Of a stretch of 54,645 nt of DNA, positions 23,368 to 31,425 are shown one piece after another. The notes under the pieces are model-generated. The model saw nothing but the letters and a program-made list of their open reading frames with translations, searched no databases and was not told where the DNA came from. Made by a program: the position numbers and the translations under genes. The stretch comes from a virus, in the IMG/VR virus record IMGVR_UViG_3300045988_061800, positions 1 through 54,645 of that record; one strand, 5' to 3'. Every line of letters starts with the position of its first letter. Positions within the stretch are counted from its first letter, which is position 1.

Positions 23368-23916
23368 ATGGAAGAAATCTGGAAAGATATTGATGGGTAC
23401 GAGGGGAAATACCAAATAAGCAATTTGGGCAATGTAATGAGCCTTAATTATGCAGGAAGAGGATACGCGAGAAAACTTACACCAAAGTGTAATAACAGCG
23501 GGAGACTTTGGGTGGAGTTGCTTGATGGAGGGAAAAGAAAGTGTATGCTCATTCATCGGCTGGTTGCACTTGCGTTTATACCAAACCCAGAAAACCTGCC
23601 ACAGATAAATCATAAAGACGAAAACCCGAAAAACAATGCCGTAGAAAACCTTGAATGGTGTGACCAAAAATACAACATCCGATATTCATTGGAGAGGCAT
23701 CCAGAAAGATATAAAGAAAAGAGACAAACTGCCAAATATGGAAGACGGCTTAATTTGAAAGTAGACCAATTCGACAAAGATGGTAACTTCATTAAACGAT
23801 GGCCAAACTCAAGGACGATCCATGTTGAAACAAAAATGAGCGATTGGGGCATTTCTGAGTGTTGCAGAGGGAATAGGAAAACGGCTCATGGATTTATCTG
23901 GCGATATGCCAGTTAA
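23368..23916 (+). CDS. NUMOD4/HNH_3 homing endonuclease inserted between the head morphogenesis and scaffold genes
   Basis: GYEGKYQISNLGNVMS and HRLVALAFIPNPENLPQINHKDENPKNNAVENLEW. ATG 23368 lies 9 nt after GGAGG. Confidence 0.75.
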   Translation: MEEIWKDIDGYEGKYQISNLGNVMSLNYAGRGYARKLTPKCNNSGRLWVELLDGGKRKCMLIHRLVALAFIPNPENLPQINHKDENPKNNAVENLEWCDQKYNIRYSLERHPERYKEKRQTAKYGRRLNLKVDQFDKDGNFIKRWPNSRTIHVETKMSDWGISECCRGNRKTAHGFIWRYAS

Positions 23917-24031
23917 ATATGAGGGGAAGAGAATCCGCTCATCAAAGAAATTTCGCAGGCTCACAGAGATGTGAGGATAATCAAACGCAAGAATAAGTCG
24001 GAGATGACTATAAGCGCAGAGGAGAGTTTGT

Positions 24032-24604
24032 ATGCCTACCATTGACACCAGTACGATTGAGGGATTTGACAGTATGACTGCGGAGCAGAAGGTAGAGGCC
24101 CTTCTGAAAGCAGAAGTTCCCGAGAAGGTAGATTTGTCCCTGTATGTATCTAAAGACACCGCAGACAAATATGCGACAGAGGCGGCGGAACTGAAAAAGC
24201 AGCTCAAATCCAAGATGACCGATGACGAGGCCGCCAAAGCTCAGGCCGATGCTGACCGCAAGGCTCTGGAGGACAAGTACATCGAACTGCTGCGGAAGTC
24301 CACCATTGCCGAGCATACCGCCCGCTACATCACCATGCCTGGTTATGACGAGAAGTTAGCTAGGGAAACGGCAGAGGCCCTGTTTGATGGCGATATGGAG
24401 AAGGTCTTTGCCAACCAGCAGAAAGCCAATGCCGCCTATGAAAAGAAGCTGAGGGCTGATCTGGTGAAGCAGGACCCCAAGCCTTCCGGTGCTGGTGGTG
24501 GGAACGAAGAAAAGGACGAGGCCGTTGAGTTTGCTAAGAAGTTGGGTAAGCAGCGGGCCGACGCCCTCAAAAATGCAAACGAAGGTTTGAAACACTACTT
24601 TTGA
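24032..24604 (+). CDS. Scaffolding protein
   Basis: Helical, charged, Ala/Lys/Glu-rich 190-aa protein upstream of the capsid gene. Confidence 0.65.
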   Translation: MPTIDTSTIEGFDSMTAEQKVEALLKAEVPEKVDLSLYVSKDTADKYATEAAELKKQLKSKMTDDEAAKAQADADRKALEDKYIELLRKSTIAEHTARYITMPGYDEKLARETAEALFDGDMEKVFANQQKANAAYEKKLRADLVKQDPKPSGAGGGNEEKDEAVEFAKKLGKQRADALKNANEGLKHYF

Positions 24605-24622
24605 TGAAAAGGAGAGAAACAG

Positions 24623-24955
24623 ATGAAGTTTACCAAGACTTCTGTTGGCGGAACCGTTGAGATTCTGGCCGCTGACGATTTTGTGGCGATCCCCATTTGT
24701 GTCACGGAAACCGCTGCCGTCCCTGCTGGTATGCCCATGACTACTGCTGGGAAGAAGGTGGCTACTACCTCTTATGCTACCGCTGTTGGTATGCTGCTGT
24801 ATGATGTGGACCCGACCGAGAATCCCAATGGCGCTCTGCTGGTACAGGGAGTTGTGGACAAAAAGAAAGTCGAGTCCCATGCGAGCATTACGCTGGATGA
24901 TACTTTTGCTGTGCCCGGTATCATTCTGCGTGACAACATTGGCGTGAACGAGTAA
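24623..24955 (+). CDS. Putative head decoration / DUF2190-like protein
   Basis: 110 aa, between scaffold and major capsid. Function inferred from position and size only. Confidence 0.5.
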   Translation: MKFTKTSVGGTVEILAADDFVAIPICVTETAAVPAGMPMTTAGKKVATTSYATAVGMLLYDVDPTENPNGALLVQGVVDKKKVESHASITLDDTFAVPGIILRDNIGVNE

Positions 24956-24968
24956 GGAGGGATACATA

Positions 24969-26039
24969 ATGGATTTGAGAGAAGTTTTTACTCCTGCTGC
25001 GATTGCGGCCAACTGGATTGAGGTTGCCTCCAATCAGATTCCTTATCTGGGCGCGACCTTGTTCCCTGCCCGCAAGAAGGCCGGCCTTGACCTGTCCTGG
25101 CTGAAAGGCTCCCGTGGGCTACCTGTCTCTCTGATGCCCTCCGCATTCGACGCGAAGGCCACCTTCCGTGATCGGATTGGATTTGAGAAGCTGGAGACCG
25201 AGATGCCTTTCTTCCGTGAGGGATACAAGATCAAAGAGAAGGACCGGCAGGAGATGCTGCGGGTGCAGGAGTCTACCGACCCCTACGCTGCCGAAGTGAT
25301 TGCTCGTGTATTTGACGATACCCGAGATCTGGTTGACGGTGCAAATGTCGTGCCCGAGCGGATGATTATGCAGCTCCTGTTCCCCGAGGGTGGAGACGTT
25401 GGTATTGCCATTAAAGCAAACGGTGTGAATTACACGTACAAGTATGATACAGACGGTTCTTGGAAGACCTCCAACTACACCGCACTGACTGATACTGCAA
25501 CTTGGGACAAGCCCTCTACGGCTGACCCCTTTGCGGCGTTCAAGACAGTCAAAGACGCTATCCGATCTAAGACTGGAACTGAACTGACGGTCGCCATTAT
25601 GAACTCTTACACGTTCAATCTGCTTTCCAAGACGGATGCAGTAAAGAATCGTTATTTGACCACTAATGGCCTGTCTCTTGGCTATCTGACAGACGCCGAA
25701 GTAAAGGCGGTTGTGGAGTCTACTTCTGGTCTGCGGATTGCCATTTACGACAAGCAGTACCGGGACGAGAGCAAGGTAGCCCATGCATTTGTGCCCAATG
25801 GGTATGTCTGCCTGATTCCTGACGGCGCACTCGGTGGCACTTGGTATGGAACAACTCCGGAAGAGGCGGATCTGCGTGGAGCGTCCAGCGCAGAGGTTTC
25901 CATTGTGAATACAGGTGTTGCGATTACCCGTATTCTCCAGGAGCATCCTGTAAACATCAACACCTTCGCGTCTGAAATCGTCCTGCCCTCCTTCGAGCGT
26001 ATGGACGAGGTGGCTGTGCTCAACGTCCTGGGGGGATGA
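24969..26039 (+). CDS. Major capsid protein (lambda gpE-like family)
   Basis: 356 aa. N-terminal ...IPYLGATLFPARKKAGLDLSWLKG... and position fit the capsid-E family. Confidence 0.8.
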   Translation: MDLREVFTPAAIAANWIEVASNQIPYLGATLFPARKKAGLDLSWLKGSRGLPVSLMPSAFDAKATFRDRIGFEKLETEMPFFREGYKIKEKDRQEMLRVQESTDPYAAEVIARVFDDTRDLVDGANVVPERMIMQLLFPEGGDVGIAIKANGVNYTYKYDTDGSWKTSNYTALTDTATWDKPSTADPFAAFKTVKDAIRSKTGTELTVAIMNSYTFNLLSKTDAVKNRYLTTNGLSLGYLTDAEVKAVVESTSGLRIAIYDKQYRDESKVAHAFVPNGYVCLIPDGALGGTWYGTTPEEADLRGASSAEVSIVNTGVAITRILQEHPVNINTFASEIVLPSFERMDEVAVLNVLGG

Positions 26040-26405
26040 TCGGGTCTGACACTCTAAGCCTTTTCCCCGGCAGTCAGACCCTATTGTGGAAGCAGGTGTC
26101 CGAGCTGGTAGGAGATGACCTGGCGGTCAAGGCTGATGGATCTGTAGTCGGTACATTCCATCATGTGACGGATACACCGAGTTCAGTTCTGAGCCGGACG
26201 AGCAAGAAGGTTATTACTTTCCGTTTCACCTGACTAAGACCGGAAGCAAAATGACCTTCAAGAAAAATGGTTCACCTACTAAGCAGGACATTGCATTTGA
26301 CCCGGATATTATTTTCCGGGTTACGAAGACCGATGCTTTCGAAGTGTTGGTAGATAACCAAAGCGTTGTGACGTTCAATTTCTCTGGAGCTACATTCGAG
26401 AGTTA
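26036..26405 (+). pseudogene. Head-associated protein split by a -1 frame change near 26171-26175
   Basis: Frame A reads ...GTFHHVTD and stops at 26233. The -1 frame, open only from 26137, reads YTEFSSEPDEQEGYYFPFHLTKTGSKMTFKKNG...ATFES to 26405. No slippery heptamer at the junction. Confidence 0.45.
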
Positions 26406-26423
26406 AGAAAAGCGGGAGGCAGC

Positions 26424-26639
26424 ATGAAGTTTATTCCAAATTACCGCGTGTGTTATGGTGGCCGGTTTTATGAAGTTGGTGCCCAGGTCTCTATCAAGGC
26501 CGAAGACGCGGATATGATGAAGCGGCACGGGACGGTGTTGGATGAACCGACGCCGCCTCCCGCCGCACCTAAAAAGCCGGGTAGACCTAGGAGGGCGGAC
26601 AATGGACAATCTGGCGAGGTTGAAACTCCGCACGAATGA
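26424..26639 (+). CDS. Hypothetical protein with Pro/Arg-rich tail (71 aa)
   Basis: GGGAGG lies upstream of the ATG. Confidence 0.5.
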   Translation: MKFIPNYRVCYGGRFYEVGAQVSIKAEDADMMKRHGTVLDEPTPPPAAPKKPGRPRRADNGQSGEVETPHE

Positions 26640-26907
26640 GCCGGACGAGGCCATCCTGGAGGACTGCCTGGAGAGCGCAAAAGCGGCGATCATGGCGAGA
26701 CGGTATCCGTTCCAGGAATGGCCGGAGGAACTGGAGAGCCGGTATCTTGATTTGCAGTTCAGGTGTGCGCTTGACCTCTACAACAGAATCGGAGCAGAGG
26801 GACAGCTTAGTCATGGGGAAAACTCCATCAGTCGGGCTTGGGAGTCCTCTTGGATTTCTGAACCGCTCTTGCAGGAAGTGACGCCAGTTGCAAAGGTGGT
26901 GGGATGA
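26602..26907 (+). CDS. Head-tail connector (gp6-like)
   Basis: MDNLARLKLRTNEPDEAILEDCLESAKAAI... is the typical N-terminus of gp6-like connectors. AGGAGGG lies upstream of ATG 26602. Confidence 0.6.
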   Translation: MDNLARLKLRTNEPDEAILEDCLESAKAAIMARRYPFQEWPEELESRYLDLQFRCALDLYNRIGAEGQLSHGENSISRAWESSWISEPLLQEVTPVAKVVG

Positions 26908-27104
26908 TGGTTCATCCGAATGGACACAAAACCGTTATTGAATATTCCGGTGTGAATATTTGTGATATTTCTATTGATGGATTCCATTTAAAAAGCGTAT
27001 CAAAGTTAGATGTACATGATGGTGCGCCGGACGAATTTGCAGAAGTGACACTCACTTTTTCCCCTGGAGAAATCATCATCAAGCGAAAGGATGATGAGCT
27101 ATGA
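26904..27104 (+). CDS. Hypothetical protein (66 aa)
   Basis: ATGA overlap with the upstream gene. Confidence 0.5.
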   Translation: MMVHPNGHKTVIEYSGVNICDISIDGFHLKSVSKLDVHDGAPDEFAEVTLTFSPGEIIIKRKDDEL

Positions 27105-27601
27105 GATCGTTGCTCCGGAATCAACAGCCTGTTTTCTTCAAACTATACAAGGGTCAAGAGGAAATCGTAGATGAATATGGAAACCCGACCGGCTCATATG
27201 TCCCTATTTACAGCGAATTGAAATCCGCTATGCTGTGTGTTTCCCCGAACAAGGGCAATTCCGAGGTGGAGCAGTTCGGCTCACTGGAGGATTACGATCG
27301 AACGGCAACTACCGCAGATACGGCCTGCCAAATTGATGAGGATTCCGTTTTGTGGGTAGATGGGGCTGATACTGACGGCCCGTATAACTACATTGTGAAG
27401 CGGAAAGCTCCATGGAAGAATAGTATTCAATACGCTATCAAAAAGGTTTCTGTATCTGAGTACGAAGCGGAACAAAAATTGTTTGATAGAAAAGCAGAGA
27501 TTGAGGCGGCGATGCTAAGTGCCAAAAATAAAACTGAAGCTGAGCACGGACTCGATCAACCAAGCATTGAAGGAAGTCAAGGCGTATCAGAAGAAGGTTG
27601 A
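27101..27601 (+). CDS. Putative head closure / head-tail adaptor
   Basis: Position in the connector block. ATGA overlap. Confidence 0.5.
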   Translation: MRSLLRNQQPVFFKLYKGQEEIVDEYGNPTGSYVPIYSELKSAMLCVSPNKGNSEVEQFGSLEDYDRTATTADTACQIDEDSVLWVDGADTDGPYNYIVKRKAPWKNSIQYAIKKVSVSEYEAEQKLFDRKAEIEAAMLSAKNKTEAEHGLDQPSIEGSQGVSEEG

Positions 27602-28043
27602 GGGGGCTGGCGAGGAAATCGCAAAGCAGCTTAGCGAGATTGGCTACTCTGTCGCCTACAGCGTCATGCAGGGACATGTGTTTTCTGGTGAGACGATTGA
27701 AAGTTTGACACTGGATAAAAAAGGCGAAGGGCGGTATGTCCTATACGCCGAATCGCAAGCAATATTGTTCTTTGAGTTTGGCGCTGGCGTACGCTATGGT
27801 GGCGGGCATCCATGGGATGATGATTTTGGGTTTGGCCCAGGAACATATCCGGGGAACGGGCATTGGGATGATCCTAATGGCTGGTGGTTCCCGACAGATG
27901 ATCCAAGGCTTGTTATAAGAAGAGACAAAAATGGTCAGGGGTGGGGGCACTCCTACGGCAATAAGCCGCATATGCCATTCTATAATGCGGACAGGGCCAT
28001 GAGAGACAGTCTCTTGACAGTTGCCAAAGCGGTTTTGAGATAA
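27519..28043 (+). CDS. Putative tail completion protein (HK97 gp10-like); start uncertain
   Basis: ORF track (GTG start). Overlaps the previous ORF by 83 nt. Confidence 0.5.
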   Translation: MPKIKLKLSTDSINQALKEVKAYQKKVEGAGEEIAKQLSEIGYSVAYSVMQGHVFSGETIESLTLDKKGEGRYVLYAESQAILFFEFGAGVRYGGGHPWDDDFGFGPGTYPGNGHWDDPNGWWFPTDDPRLVIRRDKNGQGWGHSYGNKPHMPFYNADRAMRDSLLTVAKAVLR

Positions 28044-28055
28044 GGTTGGGATTTT

Positions 28056-28520
28056 GTGCAGTGGAGAAAGAACCCGTTTGGATTAAGCGAAACAGATTAC
28101 AAGAAAATTTATAACTCTTGGTGGAACATGAAGAACAGGTGTTCAAACCCAAAGTCGCAACGGTTCTATTCTTACGGAGAACGAGGAATAACCTTGTGCG
28201 AAGAATGGATGGACTCCCAGGTGTTTATCGGATGGGCAGTAAAAAACGGGTGGAGACCCGGATTGACTATTGAACGAATCGATGTAAATAAGGGATATTC
28301 TCCTGAAAACTGCACTATTATTCCGTATGCGTTACAAGCGCAAAACAAAACGACAAACATCAGAATCAAAATAAATGGGCAAGAAAAATGTTTGTCTGAG
28401 TGGTGCAGAATATTTAATTTCCCGTTCAAAAGAGCATGGAAAAGATATCACGTGTTTGGGTATCGAGATGTCGAAACCATTTTCTATGAAGGGGATTTGA
28501 GGAGGCGGTCGGTATCATAG
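28056..28520 (+). CDS. Endonuclease-like DNA-binding protein, paralogue of the C-terminal domain of 15715..16860
   Basis: KIYNSWWNMKNRCSNPKSQRFYSYGERGITLCEEW...TIERIDVNKGYSPENC aligns by eye with RIYRIWSGMKERCYNHKNHAWKTYGGRGIDICDEW...SIDRIDNDKGYSPDNC. Confidence 0.6.
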   Translation: MQWRKNPFGLSETDYKKIYNSWWNMKNRCSNPKSQRFYSYGERGITLCEEWMDSQVFIGWAVKNGWRPGLTIERIDVNKGYSPENCTIIPYALQAQNKTTNIRIKINGQEKCLSEWCRIFNFPFKRAWKRYHVFGYRDVETIFYEGDLRRRSVS

Positions 28521-28921
28521 ACATTGAATCGTTCCTTTTCAGTCAAATTGCAGGAGCGCTTCGAGCGTCCTATGAAGGAATTTTTGTGTCTGGCGAATAT
28601 GTAGACAGCCCCGCAAAATTTCCGGCCGTCACCATCGTTGAAAGCGACAACAGCGTGCTTCAAAAAATGAGAACAGCGGCACCAAATTTGGAAAACGCCG
28701 TGTCGCTGATGTACGAGGTAAACGTCTACACGAACAGTGTAGGGTACAAGAAGTCCGAGGCAAAGGATATCATTGAAACCATCGACAATGAGTTTTCCAA
28801 GATGGGATTCACTCGTACCATGTGCAATCCGGTGTCCAATTTGCAGGATGCCACTATTTACCGCATTGTCGCCCGGTATGAGGGCGTAGCGGACAAGGAT
28901 TTTAGAATCTACACAAACTAA
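28514..28921 (+). CDS. Tail-completion-type structural protein; likely non-canonical start (ATC/ATA) or truncated
   Basis: The in-frame sequence IIDIESFLFSQIAGALRASYEGIF precedes the track's GTG 28586 and looks like native N-terminus. GGAGG at 28501-05. No ATG/GTG/TTG in that stretch. Confidence 0.45.
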   Translation: MIDIESFLFSQIAGALRASYEGIFVSGEYVDSPAKFPAVTIVESDNSVLQKMRTAAPNLENAVSLMYEVNVYTNSVGYKKSEAKDIIETIDNEFSKMGFTRTMCNPVSNLQDATIYRIVARYEGVADKDFRIYTN

Positions 28922-28931
28922 AAGGGCTGAC

Positions 28932-28960
28932 AGTGCCGAGTGCCTCTGTGCCAAGTGCCT
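28932..28960 (+). promoter_or_regulatory. Late-gene motif pair C: AGTGCCGAGTGCCT (28932) and TGTGCCAAGTGCCT (28947)
   Basis: Same motif, 15-nt register, 29-57 nt 5' of the major tail ATG. Confidence 0.7.
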
Positions 28961-28988
28961 CCCTAAAAAATTAGGAGGTACTATTTTT
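28954..28988 (+). terminator. Hairpin AGTGCCTCC/GGAGGTACT plus ATTTTT abutting the major tail start; the 3' arm is the SD
   Basis: 9-bp stem 28954-62 / 28974-82 with one G.U pair. T-run 28984-88, ATG 28989. Confidence 0.5.
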
Positions 28989-29507
28989 ATGGCAGGAATC
29001 CAACTTAGCACAGCGGGCGTCACCCTGTTGTACGCCGCAGAAGCCACCGCTGGCACTCGCCCGACTACTGGGTACGAAAAAATCTCCGAAATCAAAAGCA
29101 TTCCTGAGTTGAACCCTGAGCCCGACAACCTGGAAACAACGACCTTGGAAGAGACGGAGTGGAAGACCTATGTCCCAGGCTTGAAGGACATCGGCGGCGC
29201 ACTGTCTTTTACGGCAAACCTGACCGAGGCATCTATGACCGAGTGGGAGGGCGTTGTCGATGCCTATGATACGGCAGCCGCCGGAAATAAGGCTACTTGG
29301 TTCTGTATCGTGATTCCTGGGCTGACCAAGGCACTGTATTTCACGGGTCAGCCCTCCCCGATGGGTATGCCCGCTATGGAGGTCTCTGCTGTTCTGGAAA
29401 CAACTCTCTACATCACCCCGACCGGTGCGCCTCAGTGGGCAGCAAAGCCTACTGATCTGGAAAGTATGAGTCTGAGATCTTCTACCAAGAAAAACGTTGA
29501 GGTTTGA
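28989..29507 (+). CDS. Major tail protein
   Basis: 172 aa, immediately upstream of the G/T chaperone pair and tape measure. Confidence 0.75.
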   Translation: MAGIQLSTAGVTLLYAAEATAGTRPTTGYEKISEIKSIPELNPEPDNLETTTLEETEWKTYVPGLKDIGGALSFTANLTEASMTEWEGVVDAYDTAAAGNKATWFCIVIPGLTKALYFTGQPSPMGMPAMEVSAVLETTLYITPTGAPQWAAKPTDLESMSLRSSTKKNVEV

Positions 29508-29521
29508 GGAGGAAATACCAT

Positions 29522-29893
29522 ATGAGTGATAATGTCGTGAGCATTCAGGATAGAGTGATGCCCGTTCGCGTCATCGACAATAAGACCGAGACGGCGTATG
29601 AACTTGATTTTAGCAGAGAAAGCGTTAAATTTGCCGAGAATCGTGGCTTTAAGGTGGACGAGCTGACAGTGTTCCCGGTGACTAGAATCCCGGAGCTGTT
29701 CTACTATGCTTTCCGAAAAAATCACAAGAATGTAGCCCGGTCTCAGACTGATGCCCTGCTGGATGGTATGGGCGGGATGACAAGTGCTCTTCTGGAACGT
29801 CTGGTTCAGCTCTACAATCAGGCAGCCCTTACCCACCTGATTGCAACTGACGAGGATGCGGCAAAAAACGCAGAGGTGACTGTGGAGCTGTAA
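29522..29893 (+). CDS. Tail assembly chaperone (gpG-like)
   Basis: Position. GAGGAGG lies 9 nt before ATG 29522. Contains the slippery site near its 3' end. Confidence 0.7.
   Translation: MSDNVVSIQDRVMPVRVIDNKTETAYELDFSRESVKFAENRGFKVDELTVFPVTRIPELFYYAFRKNHKNVARSQTDALLDGMGGMTSALLERLVQLYNQAALTHLIATDEDAAKNAEVTVEL
29863..29869 (+). promoter_or_regulatory. -1 programmed frameshift heptamer A_AAA_AAC
   Basis: Zero-frame codons are gca AAA AAC. The -1 frame is open from 29851 through 30273. Confidence 0.7.
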
Positions 29894-30273
29894 ATAGCCC
29901 ACGGTCTTATACGGAACTATTTGAGGCGGAGTGCCCCTACTATCTGTCCATCGGCATGACTTGGGAACAGTATTGGTATGGTGATGTATGGATGGTAGAG
30001 GCATACCGCCAAGCTGATAAGCAAAGGCTTGAGCGGGAAAACATGATGCTCTGGCTACAGGGCCTTTATAACTACGAAGCCCTTTGTGACACATCTCCGA
30101 TATTCCGGGATTTTGCCAAAAAGGGGACAAAACCAGTTCCATACCGAACGGAACCGTACCAACTAGGCAAGAAAAAAGAAGTACCAACCGAGCAGGAAGT
30201 TAAAAACGAACGTTTGAAAGCCACCCTGTTCTTTAAGAATTGGGCAAGGGCTGCTGAGAAAAAGTTCCGGTAG
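29869..30273 (+). CDS. gpT-like extension of the tail chaperone (made by -1 frameshift; track ORF 29956..30273 is its 3' part)
   Basis: The -1 frame reads KKRRGDCGAVNSPRSYTELFEAECPYYLSIGMTWEQYWYGD... with no stop. Confidence 0.65.
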   Translation, partial: RRGDCGAVNSPRSYTELFEAECPYYLSIGMTWEQYWYGDVWMVEAYRQADKQRLERENMMLWLQGLYNYEALCDTSPIFRDFAKKGTKPVPYRTEPYQLGKKKEVPTEQEVKNERLKATLFFKNWARAAEKKFR

Positions 30274-30322
30274 GCCCTGGTTTGCACCTTGCCAACTTCA
30301 TATGAGATAGCGGAGATTTTGA

Positions 30323-30351
30323 TTGCCTCCTTCCCCAAGTTGTGGTAAGAT
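30323..30351 (+). promoter_or_regulatory. Moron promoter TTGCCT-17-TGgTAAGAT
   Basis: -35 at 30323-28 and extended -10 at 30343-51. Confidence 0.45.
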
Positions 30352-30372
30352 TTGGGGGAGGAGGGATGAAAT

Positions 30373-30516
30373 GTGACAAGACGAAAGACAAGAACGGATG
30401 CAGATAAAGGCGTCATTGAATTGCTATGTTTCATTTTGTTGCTTATCCCGTTTGGGATATATCAGTTATGCAAGGGAATTGCTTTGATAATATCTGAAAT
30501 TTCTGGACGGAGGTAG
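30373..30516 (+). CDS. Putative 47-aa membrane peptide
   Basis: GTG start after GGAGGAGGG. Hydrophobic core VIELLCFILLLIPFGIYQLCKGIALII. Confidence 0.4.
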   Translation: MTRRKTRTDADKGVIELLCFILLLIPFGIYQLCKGIALIISEISGRR

Positions 30517-30520
30517 AAAA

Positions 30521-31297
30521 ATGAAAAAGCTAGTTTCTTTTATTTTGGCTGGATTGATGGTTGGTTTGATGATTTCCGGGTGTCAAGGTGAGGATATGGA
30601 CCAAGAAACCCATGAGTTGCTTGAAGACAATGAATTTACATCTCTTGTCACACAAACTTTTAATAAAATCGGGATAGATATTGGGGAAGAAAACATAAAA
30701 ATTGAGTCTGACATGGAAAACCATGGTGTGCGAAGCGTGAGCGTAGAGGTTATGTGTGATGACATAGAAATGCGTTTTTCTTGTTTCTATACAAGCGAAA
30801 CCTGGAGCCCTGTTAGTATTTCAGACGTAGAAACAGACCAATATTATTGGATTACTCCTTCAGCAGAAACATATGAAGATGTGTATGATTGGAAAACCGG
30901 AGAGATAATTAGCGAAAAAACAGAGGAATTTCCAGAATTCACAACTCAGAAAAGCCAACAGGCCGACGATTCTAAAGCAGTGTATCAAGATTATCAATCA
31001 ATTTTGGATGATTATTCAGAAAGAATTAGGGATGCTGTTCCGGAATTGATAGAGGAATACAAAATAGAAGCCGCAAATAACACAGAGGGGCTTCAAGGGC
31101 TTGCCACATTAAGTAACGAAAAGATAAGCGAACTGGCCGAAATATCAAATGAGGGAATTTCCAAAATGGCTGAATATTATTATCATGCCGGAAGCGGATC
31201 ATATGATGAGTATGAAGAATGGGCCGGGAAACTGATGGATGTTTATATGGAAGAAGCTACAAAAATTCAAGACGCATATATGGATTCAGCAATGTAA
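30521..31297 (+). CDS. Lipoprotein (moron between tail chaperone and tape measure)
   Basis: Signal peptide plus lipobox MKKLVSFILAGLMVGLMISG-C. Visibly AT-richer than neighbours. Has its own promoter and terminator. Confidence 0.75.
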   Translation: MKKLVSFILAGLMVGLMISGCQGEDMDQETHELLEDNEFTSLVTQTFNKIGIDIGEENIKIESDMENHGVRSVSVEVMCDDIEMRFSCFYTSETWSPVSISDVETDQYYWITPSAETYEDVYDWKTGEIISEKTEEFPEFTTQKSQQADDSKAVYQDYQSILDDYSERIRDAVPELIEEYKIEAANNTEGLQGLATLSNEKISELAEISNEGISKMAEYYYHAGSGSYDEYEEWAGKLMDVYMEEATKIQDAYMDSAM

Positions 31298-31331
31298 TCA
31301 AAGATATAATACCGGGCTTGTAAATCGAAGT

Positions 31332-31366
31332 CCCCGCTATCTTATATGAGGTGGCGGGGGCTTTTT
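31332..31366 (+). terminator. Terminator of the lipoprotein moron
   Basis: CCCCGC...GCGGGG stem followed by CTTTTT. Confidence 0.55.
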
Positions 31367-31374
31367 ATATCTTT

Positions 31375-31403
31375 AGTGCCAAGTGCTTCATTGCCAAGTG
31401 CCG
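31375..31403 (+). promoter_or_regulatory. Late-gene motif pair D (degenerate): AGTGCCAAGTGCTT (31375) and ATTGCCAAGTGCCG (31390)
   Basis: Same 15-nt register as pair C, 23-51 nt 5' of the tape-measure ATG. No convincing downstream hairpin. Confidence 0.6.
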
Positions 31404-31425
31404 TATTTCAGAAGGTGGTAGCATC

